Shown: in pieces, positions 1 through 14,039 of the stretch
Layout of the letters: each line of letters starts with the position of its first letter
Position numbering within the stretch: position 1 is the stretch's first letter
Origin: Macrostomum lignano
Lineage: Eukaryota
Assembly (NCBI GenBank): GCA_002269645.1
Contig: NIVC01002892.1
Coordinates: forward strand, 62,001 to 126,000
Length of the DNA stretch: 64,000 nt
Reading direction: 5' to 3'
The notes under the pieces: generated by a model
Databases searched by the model: none
What the model was told of the DNA's origin: nothing
Seen by the model: only the letters and a program-made list of their open reading frames with translations
Made by a program: the position numbers and the translations under genes

Positions 1-3000
1 TTACATGATCTACTTTCCACTTACATGATCTACTTTCCACTTACATGATCTACTGTCCACTTACAGGATCTACTTTCCACTTACAGGATCTACTTTCCAC
101 TCACAGGATCTACTTTCCACTTACAGGATCTACTTTCCACTCACAGGATCTACTTTCCACTTACAGGATCTACTTTCCACTCACAGGATCTACTTTCCAC
201 TCACAGGATCTACTTTCCACTCACAGGATCTACTTTCCACTTACAGGATCTACTTTCCACTCACAGGATCTACTTTCCACTTACAGGATCTACTTTCCAC
301 TCACAGGATCTACTTTCCACTTACAGGATCTACTTTCCACTTACCTACTTTCCACTTACAGGATCTACTTTCCACTTACAGGATCTACTTTCCACTTACC
401 TACTTTCCACTCACAGGATCTACTTTCCACTTACAGGATCTACTTTCCACTTACAGGATCTACTTTCCACTTACAGGATCTACTTTCCACTCATCGGTCT
501 ACTTTTCACTCACCGGATCTACGAGTACTTTCCACTTACAGGATCTACTTTCCACTTACAGGATCTACTTTCCACTTACAGGATCTACTTTCCACTTACC
601 TACTTTCCACTCACAGGATCTACTTTCCACTTACAGGATCTACTTTCCACTCATGGGTCTACTTTCCACTCATGGGTCTACTTTCCACTTACAGGATCTA
701 CTTTCCACTTACAGGATCAACTTTCCACTTACAGGATCTACTTTCCACTTACAGGATCTACTTTCCACTCATCGGTCTACTTTTCACTCACCGGATCTAC
801 GAGTACTTTCCACTCACAGGATCTACTTTCCACTTACAGGATCTACTTTCCACTTACAGGATCTACTTTCCACTCACAGGATCTACTTTCCACTCACAGG
901 ATCTACTTTCCACTTACAGGATCTACTTTCCACTTACAGGATCTACTTTCCACTTACAGGATCTACTTTCCACTTACCTACTTTCCACTCACAGGATCTA
1001 CTTTCCACTTACAGGATCTACTTTCCACTCATGGGTCTACTTTCCACTCATGGGTCTACTTTCCACTCATGGGTCTACTTTCCACTCATGGGTCTACTTT
1101 CCACTTACAGGATCTACTTTCCACTTACAGGATCAACTTTCCACTTACAGGATCTACTTTCCACTTACAGGATCTACTTTCCACTCATCGGTCTACTTTT
1201 CACTCACCGGATCTACGAGTACTTTCCACTTACAGGATCTACTTTCCACTTACAGGATCTACTTTCCACTTACAGGATCTACTTTCCACTCACAGGATCT
1301 ACTTTCCACTTACAGGATCTACTTTCCACTCATGGGTCTACTTTCCACTCATGGGTCTACTTTCCACTTACAGGATCTACTTTCCACTTACAGGATCTAC
1401 TTTCCACTTACAGGATCTACTTTCCACTTACATGATCTACTTTCCACTTACAGGATCTACTTTCCACTCATGGGTCTACTTTCCACTCATGGGTCTACTT
1501 TCCACTTACAGGATCTACTTTCCACTTACAGGATCAACTTTCCACTTACAGGATCTACTTTCCACTTACAGGATCTACTTTCCACTTACAGGATCTACTT
1601 TCCACTCATGGGTCTACTTTCCACTCATGGGTCTACTTTCCACTTACAGGATCTACTTTCCACTTACAGGATCTACTTTCCACTTACAGGATCAACTTTC
1701 CACTTACAGGATCTACTTTCCACTTACAGGGTCTACTTTTCACTCACCGGATCTACGAGTACTTTCCACTTACAGGATCAACTTTCCACTTACAGGATCT
1801 ACTTTCCACTTACAGGATCAACTTTCCACTTACAGGATCTACTTTCCACTTACAGGATCTACTTTCCACTCATGGGTCTACTTTCCACTCATGGGTCTAC
1901 TTTCCACTTACAGGATCTACTTTCCACTTACAGGATCTACTTTCCACTTACAGGATCTACTTTCCACTTACAGGATCTACTTTCCACTTACAGGATCTAC
2001 TTTCCACTTACAGGATCTACTTTCCACTTACAGGATCTACTTTCCACTCATGGGTCTACTTTCCACTCATGGGTCTACTTTCCACTTACAGGATCTACTT
2101 TCCACTTACAGGATCAACTTTCCACTTACAGGATCTACTTTCCACTTACAGGGTCTACTTTTCACTCACCGGATCTACGAGTACTTTCCACTTACAGGAT
2201 CAACTTTCCACTTACAGGATCTACTTTCCACTTACAGGATCTACTTTCCACTTACAGGATCTACTTTCCACTCATGGGTCTACTTTCCACTCATGGGTCT
2301 ACTTTCCACTTACAGGATCTACTTTCCACTTACAGGATCTACTTTCCACTTACAGGATCTACTTTCCACTCATGGGTCTACTTTCCACTCATGGGTCTAC
2401 TTTCCACTTACAGGATCTACTTTCCACTTACAGGATCAACTTTCCACTTACAGGATCTACTTTCCACTTACAGGGTCTACTTTTCACTCACCGGATCTAC
2501 GAGTACTTTCCACTTACAGGATCAACTTTCCACTTACAGGATCTACTTTCCACTTACAGGATCAACTTTCCACTTACAGGATCTACTTTCCACTTACAGG
2601 ATCTACTTTCCACTTACAGGATCTACTTTCCACTCATGGGTCTACTTTCCACTCATGGGTCTACTTTCCACTTACAGGATCTACTTTCCACTTACAGGAT
2701 CTACTTTCCACTTACAGGATCTACTTTCCACTTACAGGATCTACTTTCCACTTACAGGATCTACTTTCCACTTACAGGATCTACTTTCCACTTACAGGAT
2801 CTACTTTCCACTTACAGGATCTACTTTCCACTTACAGGATCTACTTTCCACTTACAGGATCTACTTTCCACTTACAGGATCTACTTTCCACTTACAGGAT
2901 CTACTTTCCACTTACAGGATCTACTTTCCACTTACAGGATCTACTTTCCACTTACAGGATCTACTTTCCACTTACAGGATCTACTTTCCACTTACAGGAT

Positions 3001-3040
3001 CTACTTTCCACTTACAGGATCTACTTTCCACTTACAGGAT
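1..3040. repeat. Minisatellite, 20-bp unit TTACAGGATCTACTTTCCAC with 19-bp (TCATGGGTCTACTTTCCAC) and other variants; begins before the window
   Basis: Tandem units read directly; homogeneous run at ~2650-3040. The long ORFs here are repeat artefacts. Confidence 0.97.
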
Positions 3041-3396
3041 TTCCCACAAGCTCTGTCTGCTCTGTCTGCTTTCCTCTCTTCCCTTGCCTCTGAACACTTG
3101 AAGAGTCATGCATCATCGATGAAATTTCAAATCCTGAATTTCCAACATCAGTTTCGGCAACTGGAGGATGAAGCAAAATTTATGGTTTTTCTCTGCAGCT
3201 GCAGCTTCTATAATTCTCTTTCCAAATCAAAATACTCTCCTACCGAGTAGGTGGCGCAGCAGCCATCAAGCAAACTGCGCGTTGAAATTGTAGCAAAATG
3301 CGCGCATGGGAAACCCTTACCGCACAGCATTACCGTATCTGCACCTGTTTGCGGGAATACTCATAAAGAATTGAAGCGCAATTATACTTTATTTTA

Positions 3397-5038
3397 TCTA
3401 CTGCACGATGGATCTGTATATCTACTGCACCATCTGTACATCTACTGCACCATCTGTATATCTACTGCACCATCTGTATGTCTACTGCACCATCTGTACA
3501 TCTACTGCACCATCTGTATACCTACTGCACCTTCTGTATATCTACTGCACCATCTGTATGTCTACTGCACCATCTGTACATCTACTGCACCATCTGTATA
3601 CCTACTGCACCATCTGTATGTCTACTGCACCATCTGTATATCTACTGCACCTTCTGTATATCTACTGCACCTTCTGTATATCTACTGCACCTTCTGTATA
3701 TCTACTGCACCATCTGTATATCTACTGCACCTTCTGTATATCTACTGCACCATCTGTATATCTACTGCACCTTCTGTATATCTACTGCACCATCTGTATG
3801 TCTACTGCACCATCTATATAAATATCTACTGCACCATCTGTATACCTACTGCACCATCTGTATATCTACTGCACCATCTGTAAATCTACTGCACCGTCTG
3901 TATATTCTACTGCACCATCTGTATACCTACTGCACCTTCTGTATATCTACTGCACCATCTGTATGTCTACTGCACCATCTGTACATCTACTGCACCATCT
4001 GTATACCTACTGCACCTTCTGTATATCTACTGCACCATCTGTATGTCTACTGCACCATCTGTACATCTACTGCACCATCTGTATACCTACTGCACCATCT
4101 GTATGTCTACTGCACCATCTGTATATTCTACTGCACCATCTGTATATCTACTGCACCTTCTGTATATCTACTGCACCTTCTGTATATCTACTGCACCTTC
4201 TGTATATCTACTGCACCATCTGTATATCTACTGCACCTTCTGTATATCTACTGCACCATCTGTATATCTACTGCACCTTCTGTATATCTACTGCACCATC
4301 TGTATGTCTACTGCACCATCTATATAAATATCTACTGCACCATCTGTATACCTACTGCACCATCTGTATATCTACTGCACCATCTGTAAATCTACTGCAC
4401 CGTCTGTATATTCTACTGCACCATCTGTATATCTACTGCACTTTCTGTATATCTACTGCACCATCTGTATGTCTACTGCACCATCTATATAAATATCTAC
4501 TGCACCATCTGTATATCTACTGCACCTTCTGTAAATCTACTGCACCGTCTGTATATTCTACTGCACCATCTGTATATCTACTGCACCATCTGTAAATCTA
4601 CTGCACCATCTGTATATCTACTGCACCATCTGTATATCTACTGCACCTTCTGTATATCTACTGCACCATCTGTATATCTACTGCACCATCTGTAAATCTA
4701 CTGCACCGTCTGTATATTCTACTGCACCATCTGTATATCTACTGCACCTTCTGTATATCTACTGCACCATCTGTATGTCTACTGCACCATCTATATAAAT
4801 ATCTACTGCACCATCTGTATATCTACTGCACCTTCTGTAAATCTACTGCACCGTCTGTATATTCTACTGCACCATCTGTATATTCTACTGCACCATCTGT
4901 ACATCTACTGCACCATCTGTATATTCTACTGCACCATCTGTACATCTACTGCACCATCTGTATATCTACTGCACCATCTGTATATCTACTGCACCATCTG
5001 TATATCTACTGCACCATCTGTATATCTACTGCACCATC
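3397..5038. repeat. Minisatellite, 20-bp unit TCTACTGCACCATCTGTATA
   Basis: Tandem units with point variants (CCTTCTG, TATG, TACA, TAAA). Confidence 0.97.
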
Positions 5039-5554
5039 GAAATCTCATTGTTAATACATCAAATTCTTACTGTTAATTCCTCGAAGTCTTTCAATGTAGA
5101 GAATCATTGTGTCCAATCAAAGTTACATGGATATTACACACGCCGCGCTTCCGTAATTGTTAATACAGTCTGCATTGCAACTGACTTTTTCTAGCTCAAA
5201 AAGTTGCTATTAGAATTTGATTTTGCATAAATTTTGTTTACAAACTTTTGACGTCCTTATTTTGAGTTTCTAAACTATACAAAATTTACAATGCTTATGG
5301 CAAATCAAAGCAAATTTTGAAGTTGCTACAGTAAGGGGAATTTCGGAAATGAGATTCTTATGCATGATAGGGAGTTTCTCTGTTTCTACTGTAATTTTAT
5401 GTTTCTGAAATTTCAAAGGTATGATTTTATTCAAGTGCAGAAATCAATAATTTTCGGACAAATTTCTGTTACATATTGTCGGCACATGGTGCAAGGATTT
5501 CTAGGGAATCAAAATGTCATGGATTATCTTTATCTTCGATTTTTGTATGCATCC

Positions 5555-6508
5555 TCTGCTTGATGCATGGCGCCCTCCCTTAGCGCCTCTACTTGATGCA
5601 TTGCGCCCTCCCCTAGCGCCTCTGCTTGATGCATTGCGCCCTCCCAAAGCGCCTCTGCTTGATGCATGGCGCCCTCCCTTAGCGCTTCTGCTTGATGCAT
5701 GGCGCCCTCCCTTAGCGCCTCTGCTTGATGCATGGCGCCCTCCCTTAGCGCCTCTGCTTGATACATGGCGCCCTACAGAATCCAGATTAGCTCTGCTTGA
5801 TACATGGTGCCCTACAGAATCCAGATTAGCTCTGCTTGATACATGGCGCCCTACAGAATCCAGATTAGCTCTGCTTGATGCAAGGCGCCCTACAGAATCC
5901 AGATTAGCTATGCTTGATGCAAGGCGCCCTACAGAATCCAGATTAGCTATGCTTGATGCATGGCGCCCTACAGAATCCAGATTAGCTATGCTTGATGCAT
6001 GGCGCCCTACAGAATCCAGATTAGCTCTGCTTGATGCAAGGCGCCCTACAGAATCCAGATTAGCTCTGCTTGATACGGCGCCCCAGAGAATCCAGATTAG
6101 CTATGCTTGATGCAAGGCGCCCTACAGAATCCAGATTAGCTATGCTTGATGCATGGCGCCCTACAGAATCCAGATTAGCTATGCTTGATGCAAGGCGCCC
6201 TACAGAATCCAGATTAGCTCTGCTTGATGCAAGGCGCCCTACAGAATCCAGATTAGCTCTGCTTGATACATGGCGCCCCAGAGAATCCAGATTAGCTATG
6301 CTTGATGCATGGCGCCCTACAGAATCCAGATTAGCTATGCTTGATGCAAGGCGCCCTACAGAATCCAGATTAGCTCTGCTTGATGCAAGGCGTCCTACAG
6401 AATCCAGATTAGCTCTGCTTGATACATGGCGCCCTACAGAATCCAGATTAGCTATGCTTGATGCATGGCGCCCTACAGAATCCAGATTAGCTCTATGCTT
6501 GATGCATG
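5555..6508. repeat. Compound minisatellite: 33-bp units (to ~5757) switching to 39-bp units, sharing the core TGCTTGATGCATGGCGCCCT
   Basis: The translation periodicity changes from 11 aa (LLDAWRPPLAP) to 13 aa (LLDTWRPTESRLA). Confidence 0.93.
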
Positions 6509-6949
6509 GCATTAGCCGACAAAAAATAACATAAGTCATCAACGTTACCACAATGTATTTGCAGGGGGCTATGCATGCTATATGAGCCATGTACAGCTCT
6601 GCGCTATACAAGCCAGTTGTATTTTATCGGAAATAAAATCGCTCCTAAATGCTATATGCTAAAGCCGAATAGCTGACTGTGAATTTTTCGTAATACATTC
6701 GAATCTGTGTCTGACAACTGGGCCATATTTTCGATATTCTATTCCTATAATTCTTTGCTAGCTGTATAGGCTATAGTTATTGCAAGGGCTTTTAACGGAA
6801 CCCAAGCCCTGCTTTTTTATATATGCGCACAGTTACCCATATGGCCCATAGTCTGTGCGAGTTACAGTTCAAATGTATTATTTGCTTGAGGCTCAACGTT
6901 CAAGATGAAGCATTCTATTGCACGTTGTATGGATAAAGACTATAGCGCC

Positions 6950-7690
6950 GTCTTATAGATGAATCTGATGTCCTATAGATGAATCAGATATCTTGTAGAT
7001 GAATCAGATATCTTTCAGATGATTCAGATGTCTCTTAGATTAATCAGATCTCTTCTAATTCAGACTCTAATATAAATGTCTTATAGATGAATAATATTTC
7101 TTATAGATGAATCGGATGTCTTATAGATGAATCCGATGTTTTATAGATAGATCCTGTCTTATAGATGAATCAGATATCTTATAGATAAATCGGATGTCTT
7201 AGATGAATCAGATATCATTGCAGTTGTTTTATAGATAGATCCTGTCTTATAGATGAATCAGGTGTCTTATAGATGAATCAGGTGTCTTATAGATGAATCG
7301 AATGTCTAATAGATGAATTCGATGTCTAATAGATAAATCAGATGTCTTATAGATGAATCAGATGTCTTATAGATGAATCAGATGTCTTATAGATGAATCA
7401 GATGTCTAATAGATGAATCAGGTGTCTTTTGAATGAATCGAATGTCTTATAGATTAATCAAATGTCTTTCAGATGAATCAGATTTCTTATAGATTAATCA
7501 AATGTCTTTCAGATGAATCAGATTTCTTATAGATTAATAAAATGTCTTTCAGATAAATCAGATTTCTTATAGATGAATCAGATGTCTTATACTTCAAGTT
7601 AATAGATTAATCAAATTTCTTGTAAATGAATCCAGATTAATATGCTTTTTTCTAGATGATTCCGATGTCTTATAGATGGCTCCGCTGTCT
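6950..7690. repeat. Degenerate ~20-bp minisatellite ATAGATGAATCAGATGTCTT
   Basis: Tandem units, cleanest at ~7250-7600. Confidence 0.9.
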
Positions 7691-7864
7691 TATATACTCT
7701 TAGGAGAATAGTAAATAAGTAAAAAGTCAGTAAGCCGGTCCAAGACTTCGCGTCTTTTTGCAATAAATATTAGTTAGTTTTACATTTTCGTTATTTTTGC
7801 GATTGTATATCACAGTAAACATTCTGGTGTCTAAAGTATAAGCACTGTGGCGCTGAAATAAGCA

Positions 7865-9420
7865 ACAACAACAACAACAACAACAAAATACGCGACCCCG
7901 CATGCACAGTCACAGTTAGAGCAGGGCGCGTCAGAAGGCGCGCGCTGTAGAGCCTTGGAGCGAATAAAGTCCGCTCCGTTGGCAGTGTCGGGCGCCCCAG
8001 CGTCGCACAGCAGGCAGTCCACGTATCGACGGGTTCGGGCCTGACCCCGCCTGAACGGACCCTGCAAGGTGAGCAGCAGGACGTCCTGAACAGGTTGGGG
8101 GCAGTGCAGTAGCCCTCGGCCCGGATCACGTGACCCGCCAGTTGAAGTCGCCGCCGGCGCAGGATGGTGGACGGGCGCTGCAGCTTGGCCCGATCGTACA
8201 GGGCCTCGGTCCCGACGCTCTCGTCAGCTCGAAAGGCCGCACGGAGCAGCCCTGAGTGCGCCGAGTCCAGCTGCCGCTCCAGCGTAGCCGTCAGCGTCCA
8301 CGTCTCGGCGTTGTACAGCAGGACGGTCTTGACCACCGCCTGCCACAGCCGAGCCCTCTGGCGGTCGGGCAGCGCTTCGGACTGAAGGACGGCTCGGATC
8401 GAACGAAAGGCCACCCAGGCAAGTCCTCTGCGCCTCCGGAGGTCCTCTTCCACGTGGGGCACCAGACCGCCGAGGTAGGTGAACCGCTGGCAGCGTGCGA
8501 GCCTGCAGCCTGGTCGTCTGCCCGTCTGCGCCGCGGCACGTCAGGTCCGCTGGGATGTCGGCCGGCACAGTCAGCACCTCGGTCTTCAGCGTGTTGATGA
8601 TCAGACCGACGCTCGATGCCACTTCGACCAGCCTGTCGATCTGGCCCTGGGCGCCTTCAACGGACGAGGACAGGAGGGCGAGGTCGTCGGCGTAGCCAAG
8701 CACGCTTAGGCGCTTTTCGCCGTGGCGGCGACCGATGCGTCTGCGCAGCAGGAAGCCGTCATTAGCCGTGGGAGTGCGGTCCGAAGCACCCAGTCCAGCA
8801 GCAGCACGAAGAGGAACGGCGCTAGCGTGTCGCCCTGCAGAACTCCTGATGAAGTATCGAACAGGTCAGACAGGCCGTCCGCCGTCACCACAGCAGCTCG
8901 AGTATCGCAATACAGCGCCATGACAGCGTCGATTAGCTGCTGGGGTACCTGGTAGGCTCGAAAGACAAAGGGAAGCGCGGCTCTCAGCACCGAGTCAAAC
9001 GCCTTTCGAAAGTCAACGAAGACAATGATCAGCGTAGACTGGCGGATGCGCGCCTCCTCGATGACACGGCGGAGTGCAAGGATCTGTGTCACTGTACCGC
9101 ATTGCGGCCGGAATCCGTTCTGCTCGTACCGCAGGTACGGGTCCAGCACCGACTGCAGACGATCGAGCAGCAGCCGGTTGAAGAGCTTCGCGAGACATCA
9201 GCGAGATCCCGCGGTGGCCTTCCTTCCGCGTTGTCCCTGCCTTCTTCGGGATGTGCGCGACGGTCCACTCGGTAGGCGCAGGAGCGCCGGCGAGCACGCG
9301 GTTCATGACGCCTGTGACCTGGGAGGCCACACAACGGAGCCGCAGCGCTTCGACCGGGACTTCGTTGGGGCCGAGCGCCTTGCCGCCTGCCTGATCTTTT
9401 CCGAGCGAACAGCACAACTG
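7865..9420 (-). mobile_element. 5'-truncated, frameshifted RTE-like non-LTR retrotransposon (RT and C-terminal region) with a (TTG)n 3' tail
   Basis: Minus-strand ORF pieces in RT order: GKALGPNEVP...HRGISLMS (9013-9417), EQNGFR...VDFRKAFDSV...GVLQGDTLAPFLF (8706-9149), YADDLALL (8224-8703), VLLYNAETW...RRRRLQLAGHVIR (7791-8462). A (CAA)n run on the + strand lies at ~7863-7886. Confidence 0.88.
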
Positions 9421-9434
9421 TTATTTTACAACAG

Positions 9435-10040
9435 TGAAATAAGCACTGTGGCGCTAAAGTAAGCATTGTGGCGCTGAAATAAGCACTGTGGCGCTGAAAT
9501 AAGCACTATGGCGCTAAAGTAAGCATTGTGGCGCTGAAATAAGCACTGTGGCGCTGAAATAAGCACTATGGCGCTAAAGTAAGCATTGTGGCGCTTAAAT
9601 AAGCACTGTGGCGCTGAAATAAGCACTGTGGCGCTGAAATAAGCACTGTGGCGCTGAAATAAGCACTGTGGCGCTGAAGTAAGCACTGTGGCGCTGAAAT
9701 AAGCACTGTGGCGCTAAAGTAAGCATTGTGGCGCTGAAATAAGCACTGTGGCGCTGAAATAAGCACTATGGCGCTAAAGTAAGCATTGTGGCGCTTAAAT
9801 AAGCACTGTGGCGCTGAAATAAGCACTGTGGCGCTGAAATAAGCACTGTGGCGCTGAAATAAGCACTGTGGCGCTGAAGTAAGCATTGTGGCGCTGAAAT
9901 AAGCACTGTGGCGCTGAAATAAGCACTGTGGCGCTGAAATAAGCACTGTGGCGCTGAAGTAAGCCTTGTGGCGCTGAAATAAGCACTGTGGCGCTAAATC
10001 AAGCATTGTGGCGCTGAAATAAGCACTGTGGCGCTAAATC
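9435..10040. repeat. Minisatellite, 20-bp unit AAGCACTGTGGCGCTGAAAT (one further unit at 7839-7864, left of the RTE insertion)
   Basis: Tandem units read directly. Confidence 0.96.
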
Positions 10041-10430
10041 AAGCATTGTGGCGCCTAAATGACGCCATGGTAAGCATTTTGCACCAAATTAAGCATCGTG
10101 GCGCCATAATAAGCAGTGTGAGAATGGGGCTATAGCAAGCATTGTGGCGCCAAAGTAAGCATTGTGGCGCCATAATAAGCAGTGTGAGAATGGGGCTATA
10201 GCAAGCATTGTGGCGCCAAAGTAAGCATTGTGGCGCCATAATAAGCAGTGTGAGTATGGGGCTATAGCAAGCATTGTGGCGCCAAAGTAAGCATTGTGGC
10301 GCCATAATAAGCAGTGTGAGTGTGGGGCTATAGCAAGCATTGTGGCGCCAAAGTAAGCATTGTGGCGCCAAAGTAAGCATTGTGGCGCTATAATAAGCAG
10401 TGTGAGTGTGAGGCTATAGTACGCATTGCG
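10040..10430. repeat. 66-bp higher-order repeat (20+20+26 bp) derived from the adjacent 20-bp satellite
   Basis: AAGCATTGTGGCGCCAAAGT + AAGCATTGTGGCGCCATAAT + AAGCAGTGTGAGAATGGGGCTATAGC, repeated about four times. Confidence 0.85.
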
Positions 10431-11142
10431 GACAGGAGCGTTGCCAAGGGGTGGACACCGGGGACATGTCCCCCTTTGGAGAGGGGACAAATTTTTTGCT
10501 GCTTTTGTATTTTGCTTTTCGTTTCTGCATGTCATATAATAAGGAGATGGATTGGTGTCTCTGCTCTCTCCCCCTGACGGGAATCCTGGCTAAGCGCCTG
10601 ATTGTGGCGTAAAAATGGCGCTTTAGTAAGCATTTTGGCGCCAAAGTAATCAGTGTGGTAAATTAAAATCCACTGGGAAGTAAATATATTGTATTTATAT
10701 AATGAAGTAAATATTCGATCCTATTGGCTACAGTCTCCCAATGCTATAGCAGCGACACTATAAGAGCTGAGGGGAGGCCTCCCTCTCCCACCCCCCCCCC
10801 ACCGACCACCCCACGCCCACCTCCACTCCTCTGCTTCTTCAGTGTCATTCCCGCCGCACAAGCCGCAGCAACCCCATGGCCCCTTGCCCCCCAAGCCGTT
10901 GTTTGATTTTATATCCCCAACCCCCTGTCGCCTCTGCGTTCCTTCCTCTTCCCTCGTCCCGCTCCCCACCCGGTCCCGCCACCCCGCGCGCCCAATGGGG
11001 AAGAGGCTGCTGCATCCGACTGCGCCGCCTTCTACAGGGGATCAGAGCATGTTATTTAGCCTGCTTTGTGATTGTTGATCGACACCTGTTTACCTATCCT
11101 AACCTTTTTGCTGATAATTCTCCAAAGATCACTGATTACTGC

Positions 11143-13697
11143 GTGACTCTAAATAGCACTGTGAATTGTGAATCAGTCCCTGCGACTCTAAATAGCACTG
11201 TGAATTGTGAATCAGTCCCTGCGACTCTAAATAGCACTGTGAATTGTGAATCAGTCCCTTCAACTCTAAATAGCACTGTGAATTGTGAATCAGTCACTTC
11301 AACTCTAAATAGCACTGTGAATTGTGAATCAGTCACTTCAACTCTAAATAGCACTGTGAATTGTGAATCAGTCACTTCAACTCTAAATAGCACTGTGAAT
11401 TGTGAATCAGTCCCTGCGACTCTAAATAGCACTGTGAATTGTGAATCAGTCACTGCGACTCTAAATAGCACTGTGAATTGTGAATCAGTCCCTTCAACTC
11501 TAAATAGCACTGTGAATTGTGAATCAGTCCCTGCGACTCTAAATAGCACTGTGAATTGTGAATCAGTCACTGCGACTCTAAATAGCACTGTGAATTGTGA
11601 ATCAGTCACTGCGACTCTAAATAGCACTGTGAATTGTGAATCAGTCCCTTCAACTCTAAATAGCACTGTGAATTGTGAATCAGTCCCTTCAACTCTAAAT
11701 AGCACTGTGAATTGTGAATCAGTCCCTTCAACTCTAAATAGCACTGTGAATTGTGAATCAGTCACTTCAACTCTAAATAGCACTGTGAATTGTGAATCAG
11801 TCCCTTCAACTCTAAATAGCACTGTGAATTGTGAATCAGTCACTGCGACTCTAAATAGCACTGTGAATTGTGAATCAGTCCCTGCGACTCTAAATAGCAC
11901 TGTGAATTGTGAATCAGTCCCTTCAACTCTAAATAGCACTGTGAATTGTGAATCAGTCACTGCGACTCTAAATAGCACTGTGAATTGTGAATCAGTCACT
12001 GCGACTCTAAATAGCACTGTGAATTGTGAATCAGTCACTTCAACTCTAAATAGCACTGTGAATTGTGAATCAGTCCCTTCAACTCTAAATAGCACTGTGA
12101 ATTGTGAATCAGTCCCTTCAACTCTAAATAGCACTGTGAATTGTGAATCAGTCACTGCGACTCTAAATAGCACTGTGAATTGTGAATCAGTCCCTGCGAC
12201 TCTAAATAGCACTGTGAATTGTGAATCAGTCCCTGCGACTCTAAATAGCACTGTGAATTGTGAATCAGTCCCTGCGACTCTAAATAGCACTGTGAATTGT
12301 GAATCAGTCCCTTCAACTCTAAATAGCACTGTGAATTGTGAATCAGTCACTGCGACTCTAAATAGCACTGTGAATTGTGAATCAGTCACTGCGACTCTAA
12401 ATAGCACTGTGAATTGTGAATCAGTCCCTGCGACTCTAAATAGCACTGTGAATTGTGAATCAGTCCCTTCAACTCTAAATAGCACTGTGAATTGTGAATC
12501 AGTCCCTTCAACTCTAAATAGCACTGTGAATTGTGAATCAGTCACTTCAACTCTAAATAGCACTGTGAATTGTGAATCAGTCCCTTCAACTCTAAATAGC
12601 ACTGTGAATTGTGAATCAGTCACTGCGACTCTAAATAGCACTGTGAATTGTGAATCAGTCCCTGCGACTCTAAATAGCACTGTGAATTGTGAATCAGTCC
12701 CTTCAACTCTAAATAGCACTGTGAATTGTGAATCAGTCACTGCGACTCTAAATAGCACTGTGAATTGTGAATCAGTCACTGCGACTCTAAATAGCACTGT
12801 GAATTGTGAATCAGTCACTTCAACTCTAAATAGCACTGTGAATTGTGAATCAGTCCCTTCAACTCTAAATAGCACTGTGAATTGTGAATCAGTCCCTTCA
12901 ACTCTAAATAGCACTGTGAATTGTGAATCAGTCACTGCGACTCTAAATAGCACTGTGAATTGTGAATCAGTCCCTGCGACTCTAAATAGCACTGTGAATT
13001 GTGAATCAGTCCCTGCGACTCTAAATAGCACTGTGAATTGTGAATCAGTCCCTGCGACTCTAAATAGCACTGTGAATTGTGAATCAGTCCCTTCAACTCT
13101 AAATAGCACTGTGAATTGTGAATCAGTCACTGCGACTCTAAATAGCACTGTGAATTGTGAATCAGTCACTGCGACTCTAAATAGCACTGTGAATTGTGAA
13201 TCAGTCACTTCAACTCTAAATAGCACTGTGAATTGTGAATCAGTCCCTTCAACTCTAAATAGCACTGTGAATTGTGAATCAGTCCCTTCAACTCTAAATA
13301 GCACTGTGAATTGTGAATCAGTCACTGCGACTCTAAATAGCACTGTGAATTGTGAATCAGTCCCTGCGACTCTAAATAGCACTGTGAATTGTGAATCAGT
13401 CACTGCGACTCTAAATAGCACTGTGAATTGTGAATCAGTCCCTGCGACTCTAAATAGCACTGTGAATTGTGAATCAGTCCCTTCAACTCTAAATAGCACT
13501 GTGAATTGTGAATCAGTCACTGCGACTCTAAATAGCACTGTGAATTGTGAATCAGTCACTGCGACTCTAAATAGCACTGTGAATTGTGAATCAGTCACTT
13601 CAACTCTAAATAGCACTGTGAATTGTGAATCAGTCACTTCAACTCTAAATAGCACTGTGAATTGTGAATCAGTCACTTCAACTCTAAATAGCACTGT
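11143..13697. repeat. Minisatellite, 39-bp unit ACTCTAAATAGCACTGTGAATTGTGAATCAGTC(C/A)CT(GCG/TCA), about 65 copies, with higher-order structure
   Basis: Units are invariant except for two binary sites. Units 14-32 recur as units 34-52. Confidence 0.97.
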
Positions 13698-13814
13698 AAA
13701 GCCTCACAGAACATTCTGTTTTCTCCCGACTATATAAAAAGTTGGATTAAAAAGAGTCCCTTTTCGAAAATTGCTTTATATAAAGTGTTGTTCAAAACTA
13801 CACTTAATCTAGAA

Positions 13815-14030
13815 TCTCCCATCTCCACTTCCCCATCTCTCTCTCTCTCCCATCTTCGCCTTCCCATCTGTCCCATCTCCACCTTCCCATCTGTCCCATC
13901 TCCACCTTCCCATCTCTCTCTCATCTTCACCTTCCCATCTCTCCTATCTCCGCCTTCCCATCTCTCCCATCTCCACTTTCCCATCTCTCTCTCCTATCTC
14001 TAATTTCTCATCTCTCTCTCCCATCTTCTC
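13815..14030. repeat. CT-rich minisatellite (CCCATCTCTCCCATCTCCGCCTT-like), left part
   Basis: Same motif family as 14779-16385. Confidence 0.85.
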
Positions 14031-14039
14031 GCAGCAAGA

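Noticed and set aside
45-5038. Very long ORFs (up to 1018 aa) over the first two arrays
   Set aside because: They are translations of 20-bp tandem repeats that cycle through all three frames; there is no domain content.
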